Of a stretch of 64,000 bases of DNA, positions 1 to 9,533 are shown piece by piece. Within the stretch, counting starts at the first letter, position 1. Each line of letters opens with the position of its first letter. The notes beneath the pieces were generated by a model that saw only the letters and a list, made by a program, of their open reading frames with translations, was not told where the DNA came from and did not search any database. The DNA comes from an uncultured Bacteroidales bacterium (lineage in GTDB: Bacteria > Bacteroidota > Bacteroidia > Bacteroidales > ML635J-15): the NCBI GenBank assembly GCA_964511665.1, contig CAZEHA010000001.1, positions 24,823 through 88,822 on the forward strand, read 5' to 3'. The translations under genes and the position numbers were made by a program.

Positions 1-1185
1 TTGAATCTGGTAACCGGAAATACCGAGCCTTATGTAATTATGTGGAGTACCGGAACAACAGGAATGACTACCAATGTGCGCCCACTCACCGACAGTATCT
101 TTACTGCCGTAGTGGTAGATTTTAACAACTGTATCAGCAATCCTGTTCCCATTTCGGTAACAGTACACGACCCAATTGCAATTGCAGTAGAAAGCAACAC
201 AAACTTGGTTTGTCCGGGCGAAACGGTTAGTTTCGATGTGAATATTACAGGTGGTGGTGTTGAAGGTAATCTGGTTTCTATCAATGGTGTTGATTATACT
301 TTACCCGTAAGCTTCATTGTAAATCAAGATACCACGTTTGAGTTTATAGCATGGGATGCTTGTAATTATCAATTTGCAAGAGTGGTTGAACACATCAACA
401 CACATCCCCTGCCGCCAATAAACATTACTGCCGATAAAACCAACGGATGTGCTCCCCTTACAGTATCCTTCCGCGAAAACAGCCCTCATGTAGGTCAAAG
501 TTATATTTGGAACTTCGACGATGGCGATTTCGAAAATCTTTCGTTCGATAAATATCCGGTTCATACTTTTATGAATGCCACAACCTATCATGTAAACCTA
601 CAGGTTACCAACGGCGAAGGCTGCAGCAACGACACCACTATAGGAATTGTTGTATTTCCTGTTCCTGAAGCCGATTTCCGTGCTTCCTCAACAAAAGTAC
701 ACATTGCAAGCCCTGCTGTAAGCTTTACCAACTTTACTGTAGGAGGCTTCTACTTTAACTGGAATTTTGGCGATGGTGCTGCCAGCACACAGGCAAATCC
801 ACAGCATAAGTTTACAATGCCGGGAGTTTATCACGTTACCCTACACACAGAATCGCTATATGGTTGCGTCGACAGTACAGGAGTTGACATTACCGTTACT
901 AACGAAACCATGATATATGCCCCTACAGCCTTTACTCCGAACTACGACCTTATTAACGAAAACTTCAGAATAATTGGCGACGGCATCGACGAGCGCACAT
1001 TTAAAATGGAAATTTACAATCGCTGGGGCGAGAAAATATTCGAAACCACAGAATACGAAACCGGCTGGGATGGCCGATCGAACCTGAAAGAATGTCCTCA
1101 GGGAGTGTATTCGTGGATTATCTATTTCTACGATCCTTTCGGGAATCTCTACACACAAAGCGGGCAGGTAACGCTACTGCGTTAA
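1..1185 (+). CDS. Surface protein fragment (5' end outside the window): PKD repeats plus a T9SS type B (gliding-motility CHU_C-like) C-terminal sorting domain
   Basis: The frame is open from base 1 to the stop at 1183-1185. There are two PKD-like repeats (WNFDDGD..YHVNLQVTNGEGC and WNFGDGA..YHVTLHTESLYGC). The C-terminal IYAPTAFTPN..INE.F...IYNRWGEKIF..GWDG pattern is typical of type B sorting domains. Confidence 0.75.
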   Translation: MNLVTGNTEPYVIMWSTGTTGMTTNVRPLTDSIFTAVVVDFNNCISNPVPISVTVHDPIAIAVESNTNLVCPGETVSFDVNITGGGVEGNLVSINGVDYTLPVSFIVNQDTTFEFIAWDACNYQFARVVEHINTHPLPPINITADKTNGCAPLTVSFRENSPHVGQSYIWNFDDGDFENLSFDKYPVHTFMNATTYHVNLQVTNGEGCSNDTTIGIVVFPVPEADFRASSTKVHIASPAVSFTNFTVGGFYFNWNFGDGAASTQANPQHKFTMPGVYHVTLHTESLYGCVDSTGVDITVTNETMIYAPTAFTPNYDLINENFRIIGDGIDERTFKMEIYNRWGEKIFETTEYETGWDGRSNLKECPQGVYSWIIYFYDPFGNLYTQSGQVTLLR

Positions 1186-1206
1186 CAGAGAATTAATATG
1201 TAATCG

Positions 1207-1245
1207 ATGCGCTGTGTCATATAAAGATGCAGCGCATTTATTTTA
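1207..1245 (+). terminator. Hairpin terminator after the PKD/T9SS gene
   Basis: ATGCGCTG (1207-1214) pairs with CAGCGCAT (1230-1237), followed by TTATTTT. The loop is rather long at about 15 nt. Confidence 0.4.
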
Positions 1246-1314
1246 AACAGAGGCTGTTGATATAATACCGTCACAGCAATATTGATGAAATGTGTTATTT
1301 CAAAAAAATAAATA

Positions 1315-1322
1315 TATATTTG
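1315..1322 (+). promoter_or_regulatory. Bacteroidota -7 box (TAnnTTTG) for the TonB-dependent receptor gene
   Basis: TATATTTG lies 24 nt upstream of the ATG at 1346 and matches the Bacteroidetes sigma-A -7 consensus TAnnTTTG. Confidence 0.45.
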
Positions 1323-1345
1323 CCGCGTAACCAACACACACATTT

Positions 1346-3808
1346 ATGGTAAAGTTATTACCTGTATTGGCTCTATCACTCCTTTTATCAACCACAGTAT
1401 TCTCTCAATCGGCAAAAATCAACGGAACCATTAAAGATCAGGCTAACAATGAATTGTTGTTTGGCGTGAATGTAATTGTTACCGGCGATGCCGATACCGT
1501 TTCGGTGAAAACCGGAGCGACCACCGACTTCGATGGTAAGTATTTTTTTGAAATACCGGCCGGGTCTTACACCATCACCTATCAGTATGTAGGGTATCAG
1601 CGCGAGCGCATTAAACTTACCGTTAAAGCCGGCGAGAACAAAACTATCGACATGGCTCTGAAGCAACGGGCCGAGCTGATAGACGAAGTGGTAATAAGTG
1701 CCGGTAAGTTTGAGCAAAAGCTATCTGACGTTACGGTAACCATGGAGGTTATTAAACCCAAAATGATTGAAAACACCAATACTATTAGTATGGAGACAGC
1801 TGTCAACCAAATTGTTGGCGTTGATGTTTCCGATCAGCAACTCAGTATCCGTAGTAGTGCAGGGTGGAGTTATGGAGCAGGTACGCGAGTTATCATGCTT
1901 ATGGACGACCTGCCCATTGTTTCGGCCGATGCCGGCGATATCAAATGGAATTATATTCCGGTTGAAAACATTTCGCAGGTTGAAATTGTAAAAGGCGCGT
2001 CGTCGGCATTGTTCGGATCATCGGCACTTAGTGGGGTAATAAATGTGCGTTCGGCCTATCCTACCGACAAACCACAAACCTCTGTTTCTTATTTTATAGG
2101 TATCTACGACAATCCCAAAACCGAGAAATACAAATGGTGGGACAACGACTTTTATGTTGACGACAGTTTGTTTTATCAAACAATACCCTTGCGAAACGGC
2201 TTATATTATTTCGTAAGAAACCCAATGTATTCGGGCTTAAGCCTGTCGCATTCTCAGCAATTTGGCAACCTCGACCTTACGATGGGCGGAAATCATTTTG
2301 TTGACGAAGGCTATCGCCAAAAGGAATACGAAATACGCAGCCGTTTTAATGTAAACTGGAGGTATCGCTTCAAGAAAGTTGACGGATTGGCTGTTGGTAT
2401 GAATTCTAATTTTATGGCTGTTGATAAATCTGATTTCTTTTTCTGGCACTCCGATTCGTTACCCTACAATGTTCCCGTCCCCGATAAATTGTATGCACCA
2501 TCGCAGGGATTTCGCATGAATATAGACCCCTACCTCTATTATTATAAACCCAACGGCTCAAAATATAAAATCCGCACCCGGTACTTTGGCACCTCGCAGT
2601 TTATTCCTAACGATACTGCCAAAAACAGTGGTGGCGAAACCTATTATGTTGAATATACCTATTCTACGGTTATTAACGATGATGTAAACATTACTGCAGG
2701 GGGTGTTAACTCTTACAGCGAAGTGCACTCAAATTTATTTGGAGATCATTATAGCAATAATTTTGCCCTCTATGCCCAGTTCGATTACCGCATAGGCCGG
2801 TTGAAAGCATCGTTTGGAGCACGTGGCGAGTACTATCGAGTCGATTCAGCGCAAACCGAATCGCTGGTAACCATCCGCAACTTCGAGTTGCCTTTTAAAC
2901 CTGTGTTCCGCGCCGGTCTCAATTACCAATTGTTTGAATACACATTTTTAAGGGCTTCGTTCGGGCAGGGCTGTCGTTTCCCTTCAATCAGCGAAAAATT
3001 TACTGCTTCCGATTTAGGCGGCTTAATCAATCTGATGCCCAATCCGTATCTGCAACCCGAAACCGGATGGAGTGCCGAAATTGGTGTTAAACAAGGCATT
3101 AAACTTTGGGAGGGCTGGAAAGGATTTGTCGATTTGTCGTTCTTTGTTCAGGAGATTTACGAGATGATAGAGTTTACCATTGGGTTTTACGACCCCGAAA
3201 CTTTCTTACCTATGCCTTTAAGTCAGGGTGTATTTGGTTTTCAGGCACGCAATATGGCCGATGCACGCATTACCGGATCGGAACTGTCGGTAGTTACCAA
3301 TGGCAATATTGGCCCACTTAAAACAACAGTGATGATGGGATATACCTACAACAATCCCGTGAATCTTGCCGGTGCCGATTCAACAGCTTCATCTGACAAT
3401 CCGGTGTTGAAGTATCGGTACGTTCATTCGTTTAAAGGAGACCTCGACTTTGAAGCCAAACGCTTTACTTTTGGATTCAACTGGATATACAATAGCCCGA
3501 TGAAAAACGTTGACCGACTTTTCTGCGATGAACGCGACCCCGAACAAATGGACGCAGTTGAAGCGGATATGTATCAATTCTACTTCCTGATGAGCGATTT
3601 ATTTCTGTTACCCGGATACTGGAACTATCGGATAGCGAATGCAAATATGCCTTTTGTTTCGTTTGATGCCCGTTTTGGGTTCAAGTTCAACGAGCACATC
3701 AGGGCTTCGTTCCTCATGAAAAACGTATTTAATACCGAGTATGTAGGACGTCCCGGCGACATGCGTCCTCCGCGTCGATTCGAATTACAACTTTCGGCAA
3801 AATTTTAA
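1346..3808 (+). CDS. TonB-dependent outer-membrane receptor with an N-terminal carboxypeptidase-regulatory-like domain
   Basis: 820 aa with a signal peptide. INGTIKD...GVNVIV is a CarboxypepD_reg-like motif. The plug region reads IEVVKGASSALFGSSALSGVINV. The C-terminal beta-barrel ends in an aromatic residue (..LQLSAKF). Confidence 0.85.
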   Translation: MVKLLPVLALSLLLSTTVFSQSAKINGTIKDQANNELLFGVNVIVTGDADTVSVKTGATTDFDGKYFFEIPAGSYTITYQYVGYQRERIKLTVKAGENKTIDMALKQRAELIDEVVISAGKFEQKLSDVTVTMEVIKPKMIENTNTISMETAVNQIVGVDVSDQQLSIRSSAGWSYGAGTRVIMLMDDLPIVSADAGDIKWNYIPVENISQVEIVKGASSALFGSSALSGVINVRSAYPTDKPQTSVSYFIGIYDNPKTEKYKWWDNDFYVDDSLFYQTIPLRNGLYYFVRNPMYSGLSLSHSQQFGNLDLTMGGNHFVDEGYRQKEYEIRSRFNVNWRYRFKKVDGLAVGMNSNFMAVDKSDFFFWHSDSLPYNVPVPDKLYAPSQGFRMNIDPYLYYYKPNGSKYKIRTRYFGTSQFIPNDTAKNSGGETYYVEYTYSTVINDDVNITAGGVNSYSEVHSNLFGDHYSNNFALYAQFDYRIGRLKASFGARGEYYRVDSAQTESLVTIRNFELPFKPVFRAGLNYQLFEYTFLRASFGQGCRFPSISEKFTASDLGGLINLMPNPYLQPETGWSAEIGVKQGIKLWEGWKGFVDLSFFVQEIYEMIEFTIGFYDPETFLPMPLSQGVFGFQARNMADARITGSELSVVTNGNIGPLKTTVMMGYTYNNPVNLAGADSTASSDNPVLKYRYVHSFKGDLDFEAKRFTFGFNWIYNSPMKNVDRLFCDERDPEQMDAVEADMYQFYFLMSDLFLLPGYWNYRIANANMPFVSFDARFGFKFNEHIRASFLMKNVFNTEYVGRPGDMRPPRRFELQLSAKF

Positions 3809-3857
3809 CCCTCTTTATTGTTTAAACGTGTTGTGAATTTAGTATTAAAATAAAATT

Positions 3858-3865
3858 TAAATTTG
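3858..3865 (+). promoter_or_regulatory. -7 box TAAATTTG
   Basis: Matches TAnnTTTG and lies 26 nt upstream of the ATG at 3891. Confidence 0.4.
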
Positions 3866-3890
3866 TATTGAAACTCAAAAACAGAAAATT

Positions 3891-4883
3891 ATGAAAAAAC
3901 TACTATTATCATTTGTTGGCCTAATGGCTTTTGTTGCCTTAATGGCTCAACCCTGTACACCTGATGCGGGATGTATGGATGTAGAAAACCCGGGTGAAAT
4001 ATGCCCCATGGCATTCGACACCGGATATGTGAATGTACCTTACGAGCAGGTTATTACTTTTATTCCACCTGCTACCTACAATTACAATGGACAAAACCTT
4101 ACCGTTCAAAAGATTGTTATTAATTCTGTTACCGGTCTTCCTAACGAAATCTCGTGGGACACCGATGCCGATGAATTTATTCCAACCAATCCGATTACCC
4201 GCTACTGTGGTGTTATGTTTGGAACTCCGTTAACAACCGGGGAGTATACTTTTGGGTTCTCGGCAACTGTTTACATACAGCTATCACAATTTGTTGTGAT
4301 TCCCGTACCTGTTACCGAAGAAGACCTCAACTACACACCTTTGCTGGTTATTCAAGCTGAGAACATGGCTCCGCCGGTAGCTGAGTTTTCGGCATCTGCT
4401 ACTTCTGTTCCGGGTGGAGAGGTTATTAACTTCACCGATGAAAGTTTTAATGCTACCACATGGCAATGGACATTTGAAGGTGCCAACAATCCGACCAGTA
4501 CCGACCAAAATCCAAGTGCAACATGGAACACACAAGGTACCTACGATGTTACCCTAACCGTAACCAATACCAACTGCACACCTCCCAAAACCGACACTTA
4601 TGTAGCCGAAGATTACATTACCATTACATCAACAGTATTTATTAACCCGAATTTTGCTAAAATTTGCAGCATTTATCCGAATCCGTCGCAAGGTATTGTA
4701 AACATCGAAGGTACCGAAATTCAATCGGTGAGTGTTTATAATAGTCTGGGGCAAGTTGTTCACGAAATACAACCTAATGCATCGCGTGTTACACTCGATA
4801 TCAGCCACTTACAAAAAGGCGCTTATATCGTAAGTGTTATTACCGAAAAAGGCATAGCTCGCACCGGAATTACTCTCGAGTAA
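3891..4883 (+). CDS. Secreted PKD-domain protein with a T9SS type A C-terminal sorting domain
   Basis: Has a signal peptide and a PKD repeat (FTDES..WQWTFEGA..GTYDVTLTVTN). The C-terminus is YPNPSQGIVNIEG....VYNSLGQVV....LQKGAYIVSV. Confidence 0.75.
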   Translation: MKKLLLSFVGLMAFVALMAQPCTPDAGCMDVENPGEICPMAFDTGYVNVPYEQVITFIPPATYNYNGQNLTVQKIVINSVTGLPNEISWDTDADEFIPTNPITRYCGVMFGTPLTTGEYTFGFSATVYIQLSQFVVIPVPVTEEDLNYTPLLVIQAENMAPPVAEFSASATSVPGGEVINFTDESFNATTWQWTFEGANNPTSTDQNPSATWNTQGTYDVTLTVTNTNCTPPKTDTYVAEDYITITSTVFINPNFAKICSIYPNPSQGIVNIEGTEIQSVSVYNSLGQVVHEIQPNASRVTLDISHLQKGAYIVSVITEKGIARTGITLE

Positions 4884-4907
4884 CAAATAAACCTATATAT
4901 TATAAAA

Positions 4908-4936
4908 CTGCCTTCTTTCTGAGGCAGTTTTTTTTA
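4908..4936. terminator. Rho-independent terminator between convergent genes
   Basis: CTGCCT (4908-4913) pairs with AGGCAG (4922-4927), followed by T9. An A-run precedes the hairpin, so it could act in both directions. Confidence 0.65.
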
Positions 4937-4980
4937 TTAATTCTAATCGCTCTACGAATAGAACACAAACAAAGATTTTC

Positions 4981-5709
4981 TTAAAGATTGAATACATCGT
5001 GCAACACCGGCAACGACTTCAGGCCTCCGAAGTTTGCAAGGTGTATAGCGTAGTAATCGCTGATTTTTTGTGTCAGAAGAGAACGCTGATTTCGCAACAA
5101 TGGCAACTGCCAATAGTTATTTTCGTCGGTTTGCATCATACGATATAGTATCTGCGACTCTTCGAGAGAAACCGTATCGGAATCGGTGGTAAACACCGGC
5201 ATAAATAGTCCTTCGCGAATATTGAAGAAAGGTGTGTGCTCCGAATAATTATCACCCGGTTTAAAACCCAAATACGGCAATAACTTCAAAGCAAAAAACA
5301 ACGGAAAGTTTGCAACAGACTGACTACTATTATCGAGATGCAAGACCATGCGATGCAGAAACCCGAACAAATCCTCCTGCGGTCCCTCTTCTCTGATCGA
5401 TCGCATCAGAACTTCGCATACAAACAGCGCCACACTGCATCGTGCCATGTCGGAATTTAATTGTTGAAATGGCTTTTCGATATTCACCTCGCGCAACGAA
5501 TGCAAACTGCGGGTCTCCTTAAAATCGATTTCGCATTCAATTAGTGCCAGTGGCTGAAACAGAGCTATCCGCATCCGGCTGTTGCGGTTTCGGCTTCCTT
5601 TTACCATTACTGCCTGGCGACCCAATTGTGCTGTAAACAGATGCACTATAAAAGCCGAATCGCTATAAGGAATTCTATTTAAAACTATGGCATGGGTCTT
5701 AACAATCAT
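4981..5709 (-). CDS. recO: DNA repair protein RecO
   Basis: 242 aa. The N-terminal OB-fold pattern (THAIVLNRIPYSDSAFIVHLFT...G) and overall length fit RecO. Confidence 0.85.
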   Translation of the reverse strand: MIVKTHAIVLNRIPYSDSAFIVHLFTAQLGRQAVMVKGSRNRNSRMRIALFQPLALIECEIDFKETRSLHSLREVNIEKPFQQLNSDMARCSVALFVCEVLMRSIREEGPQEDLFGFLHRMVLHLDNSSQSVANFPLFFALKLLPYLGFKPGDNYSEHTPFFNIREGLFMPVFTTDSDTVSLEESQILYRMMQTDENNYWQLPLLRNQRSLLTQKISDYYAIHLANFGGLKSLPVLHDVFNL

Positions 5710-5713
5710 ACTG

Positions 5714-8062
5714 CTATTTCATGAACATAATTTTGGTAACATTTTTCTTAGAACCATCTTCGTTCGACGAAAACACCAGATATATTCCTGAACTTACGCG
5801 ATTTCCGTTAATATCGTTTCCATCCCAAATAGCCTGACCACCAAGCGAGCGCATTTCGGTAACCAGGTTTCCCGAAATATCGGTAATTTTAACATACGAG
5901 CCTGCCACCAATCCGTGTATGGTGATATTTCCGCTGTAACCGGGATGCACCGGATTGGGGAATGCATACACTTGAGTAAAATCGGGAGCACCCTGAGTAG
6001 CCTCACCTCGAAACGAAATAAGGCCTTTTTCGGTGCCAAAAAAGACTTCGCCGCTTTCGGGAATAATTGCAATACTGTATATGTTGTTGGCCAGCAATGG
6101 ACTGTTGTCGGTACTGAAATGATGTATTTGTTGCAGGCCGTCGCTACTGGTGAGGAAAACACCTCCGCTCTGGGTACCAAACCATTTACGGTTGGCTCCG
6201 TCAACAGCAATAGCAGTAACGGTTTCTGATCCCAAGAGTAAGTCAGCATCATCGGTGCCATCGTTACGGGGAATTTTCACCTGTTGTCCGTAGAAACTGC
6301 CCTGATCGAAAACCCTGTCGGGGTTATAATACACCACCACTCCGGCATTGGTCCCTACCCAGATTGAACCGTTAAGGTCTTCGGCTATCGAAAACACTTC
6401 ATTGCTAATTACCTGTCCGTATTCGTCAACAACACTTAATTTGCGATAGTCGTCGTCGCTTTTATTGTCGGGGGTACCTTTGTCGTCGAAAACAAACAGT
6501 CCGCCTCCACGAGGCAACACCACCCATTTCTTTCCAGTTTTGGTAACAATAATTTGCCTTACATTCAAGGCATTCATTTCGGCTTTGTAGTTTATTGCAT
6601 GCCATGTGCCGTTGGCCATTTTTACCACAATGGGCATGTTGTTGTCGGAACATGTTATCCACAAATTCCCCAAAGCATCAAAGGCCAATCCTCCGATTCG
6701 CATCAATGTGGTGTTTGGTATCAATTCAAGGGGACTGTTGGTTTCGTTGTACACCTGTGTTAACGAAAAGTTGGTAAACTCAAGTAAACCCTTTGTCCAC
6801 GACCCGGCAAACACCTGTGATGGATTCAATGGATTAACCGCAACCGAGACCAAATCGGTGATACCCTGCATATCAGACTGGTTACCCGGGTAACGGGTGT
6901 CCCAGATGTCGGTGAAACGGAACAACATAGGCTGGTTGTAGGTAGGGGTAAGCGACAGGTTGAAGCCGCCGCCTACGCCATACATGGTATTTGCATTGGC
7001 TGCCATTCCAAAAAACACATAATTCATGGGGCCGTTCAGTGTTTTCTTCTCGAAATACCACAAATCGCTGCTGGTAACCAAACCATAGTTGCGGTCGGCA
7101 ACCCACAATGTATTGCTGCTTCCATACAAGGCATACTGAGGATACATAGTTGGCGTATCGAAATTATAGGTCCAAACATGATGGTAATTCTCAAAAGAAC
7201 TATTGTAAAGTTTAATAAAATACTGGCTGGTTACCACCAACACTTCATCGGTTGCCGTAATAGAGTTGGTCATGGTAACCACATTATCGAAATAGCTCCA
7301 GTTTCCATCATCATACACCATTAGGGTATCGGCATTAAACTGGGTGGGATGCTTATAGTTAGCTATAAGTTTTCCGTTGAAACACTCAATAGTATTGAAA
7401 TTTTTGTCGCGCATCCACGAAAATGGGGTACCGGATGGCAAATCGGTAATCCGTGTCCAATTGGCAAAATTAATCAGATCGCTCGATAGTAAGCCCATAT
7501 ATATACCTTCGCTGGTTGCTGCATACAAATGGGTGCCATCGGTGGTAGTTTCGTTTACATATACATAAGATCCATTCTCGCCAATAAGGTAGGTGCTGTT
7601 AATTTCCATTCGCCTCATATCGAATACAACAATACCAAAGCCACACGACAGATAGGCATTATCGCCAAGAAACATAAAATGCTTAATGTTTTTTGATGCG
7701 GTCATTGGCTTTCGCTTTATGTCGGGCACATTAATAATGCGATTGTTGCCAATTATGTCGATGTTGCCATTGCTATAGCCAACAAACAACAAGTCGAAGT
7801 AGTTGTTGTAGCCCACCGAGAGAACTCCGGCGTCGGACAATCCGTTTACCTTCGACCATTTTTCGAGCTCAGCATTGTTTTTATTATAACTAAACAAGCC
7901 CACATTGGTAACCACAAACACCTTATCGCGTGTTTCGGCAAGCATGGTTCCATAATAATAGGGCAAATGGTCGCGCCACTGACCTACGGCAATCTGGCCA
8001 CTGGCCAGCAACGAAAGCACAAGTAATGCATTTAGCACCACATATTTTTGAAATCGGTTCAT
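5714..8062 (-). CDS. Two-beta-propeller protein with a T9SS C-terminal domain; PorZ-like (T9SS anionic-LPS delivery component)
   Basis: 782 aa with a signal peptide. Repeated two-component-regulator-propeller-like blades are present. The C-terminus FPNPVHPG...GIYLVF..KIMFMK is a T9SS CTD. Size and architecture match PorZ, but no alignment was run. Confidence 0.55.
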   Translation of the reverse strand: MNRFQKYVVLNALLVLSLLASGQIAVGQWRDHLPYYYGTMLAETRDKVFVVTNVGLFSYNKNNAELEKWSKVNGLSDAGVLSVGYNNYFDLLFVGYSNGNIDIIGNNRIINVPDIKRKPMTASKNIKHFMFLGDNAYLSCGFGIVVFDMRRMEINSTYLIGENGSYVYVNETTTDGTHLYAATSEGIYMGLLSSDLINFANWTRITDLPSGTPFSWMRDKNFNTIECFNGKLIANYKHPTQFNADTLMVYDDGNWSYFDNVVTMTNSITATDEVLVVTSQYFIKLYNSSFENYHHVWTYNFDTPTMYPQYALYGSSNTLWVADRNYGLVTSSDLWYFEKKTLNGPMNYVFFGMAANANTMYGVGGGFNLSLTPTYNQPMLFRFTDIWDTRYPGNQSDMQGITDLVSVAVNPLNPSQVFAGSWTKGLLEFTNFSLTQVYNETNSPLELIPNTTLMRIGGLAFDALGNLWITCSDNNMPIVVKMANGTWHAINYKAEMNALNVRQIIVTKTGKKWVVLPRGGGLFVFDDKGTPDNKSDDDYRKLSVVDEYGQVISNEVFSIAEDLNGSIWVGTNAGVVVYYNPDRVFDQGSFYGQQVKIPRNDGTDDADLLLGSETVTAIAVDGANRKWFGTQSGGVFLTSSDGLQQIHHFSTDNSPLLANNIYSIAIIPESGEVFFGTEKGLISFRGEATQGAPDFTQVYAFPNPVHPGYSGNITIHGLVAGSYVKITDISGNLVTEMRSLGGQAIWDGNDINGNRVSSGIYLVFSSNEDGSKKNVTKIMFMK

Positions 8063-8112
8063 CTGTACAAAATAGTAAAATAATATAACTAAAAAACCGT
8101 CAGAATATTTTA

Positions 8113-8694
8113 TTAATCAACACTATTCAGATAATTTACCAATGCAGCCATTGCCATTGCCCTATGCGAAATGCTGTTTTTAATTCCGGATGGCATTTCG
8201 GCAAAGGTGTCTTCATAACCATCGGGCACGAACACCGGATCGTAACCAAAGCCGGATGTACCACGCAAATTATCAATAATTTTACCGGGAACAAGGCCTT
8301 CGAACAGCAAGATTTTTCCATTGATTGATAGTGCAATAATTGTTCTAAAACGTGCATTCCTATTTTCGTGCTGTTGTAATTCGCGAAGCAGCTTCTCGAT
8401 ATTATCGCTTGAATTGCGTCCGGGGCCGGCATATCTGGCCGAATGCACACCGGGTTGCATATCAAGGGCTTCCACTTCAAGCCCTGTGTCGTCGGCAAAG
8501 CAATCGACTCCATATTTTTCGGCCACATATCGGGCTTTTTCTATGGCATTTGCCTCAAGGGTATCTCCATTTTCGCGAATATCTTCGTTACAGCCTATTT
8601 CGGTTAAACTTTTAATGTGAAAGCGATTGCCTAATATTTCTCTAATCTCGGCGAGCTTGTGAGGGTTATTGGTTGCAAAAACAAGTTCTTTCAT
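8113..8694 (-). CDS. rdgB: Non-canonical purine NTP pyrophosphatase (RdgB/HAM1 family)
   Basis: The protein starts MKELVFATNNPHKLAEIREIL and contains FGYDPVF. I chose the ATG at 8694; the ORF-track start at 8709 is a TTG 5 codons upstream. Confidence 0.85.
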   Translation of the reverse strand: MKELVFATNNPHKLAEIREILGNRFHIKSLTEIGCNEDIRENGDTLEANAIEKARYVAEKYGVDCFADDTGLEVEALDMQPGVHSARYAGPGRNSSDNIEKLLRELQQHENRNARFRTIIALSINGKILLFEGLVPGKIIDNLRGTSGFGYDPVFVPDGYEDTFAEMPSGIKNSISHRAMAMAALVNYLNSVD

Positions 8695-8717
8695 GAGACA
8701 TGATTTCAAAAAAAATA

Positions 8718-9533
8718 CTAATACGAAAAATGGAAGTTGTAAATTATTTGTCGAATAGCCGGTGGAAAATACTCGCCCACCAACACATCTTTATCGTAGA
8801 GGTGAAAAGGGACATCCACCTCGGCATAGCTTCCGTGAACCAGTTCGCCCAAATTATCGTAGATACTGAAGTGTACTTTAAAACTACGACTAAAATCGGA
8901 ACGTCCCGATGCATACGGATCGCTATAATTGCCTTTGATTTCGAACTGATTGATAAACAGGAAGAAATCAATGTTGCGTCGTTGCGCCAGTTGCTGCAGA
9001 AAAGTAGTATCGGTAAAGGCTATATGAAAATAGCGGTTCTCGTGTGTTTGCCTTCGGCTAATTATTTCACCATCACTGCGTTCGCCACCAACATAAATAT
9101 CGTCGGACACCTGTTTTTTCTTTTTTGGGAACATTTTACGAAACCACGACTGTTCTTCGGGCTGTTCGGGCTTATTCTGCATTTTGGTTTTCATCTCGTA
9201 GCGAATGATGGTGTACAACCCATCGAGATCGTCGCGGGCTTCGCGTGTGTTGTCGGTAAGCAAATCGACTGTGTAGCAAGAGTCGAGAAAAGCCATGTGC
9301 AAATGGCGATTCCATTCCATGCGGAAAAACATCATCAATTCGTCGTGAGTCATATTGTATCGTGTAGCCATTTCGGGGGTAGCATCGTTCAAATAGATGC
9401 GTGTGTCGAATGGAACTATCAACATGCGAAATTCGTGTGCCGGCCGTGTTTTAAAAACAGGTTCAATTTGTGCCTGAAGCAGACCTGGCAACAGCACTAC
9501 AAACAGAATCCATAATGTAATCCTGTTTTTCAT
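8718..9533 (-). CDS. Secreted hypothetical protein
   Basis: 271 aa with the signal peptide MKNRITLWILFVVLLPGLLQAQ. Its ATG overlaps the rseP stop (ATGA), implying co-translation. The equally long plus-strand ORF 8700-9515 is judged a shadow ORF. Confidence 0.6.
   Translation of the reverse strand: MKNRITLWILFVVLLPGLLQAQIEPVFKTRPAHEFRMLIVPFDTRIYLNDATPEMATRYNMTHDELMMFFRMEWNRHLHMAFLDSCYTVDLLTDNTREARDDLDGLYTIIRYEMKTKMQNKPEQPEEQSWFRKMFPKKKKQVSDDIYVGGERSDGEIISRRQTHENRYFHIAFTDTTFLQQLAQRRNIDFFLFINQFEIKGNYSDPYASGRSDFSRSFKVHFSIYDNLGELVHGSYAEVDVPFHLYDKDVLVGEYFPPAIRQIIYNFHFSY

Noticed and set aside
8700-9515. 271-aa plus-strand ORF exactly antisense to the 8718-9533 minus-strand ORF
   Set aside because: The minus-strand product has a clean signal peptide and a start overlapping the rseP stop. 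The plus-strand product is Ile/Phe/Cys/His-rich with no motif. It is judged a shadow ORF, though without homology searches this is a judgement call.
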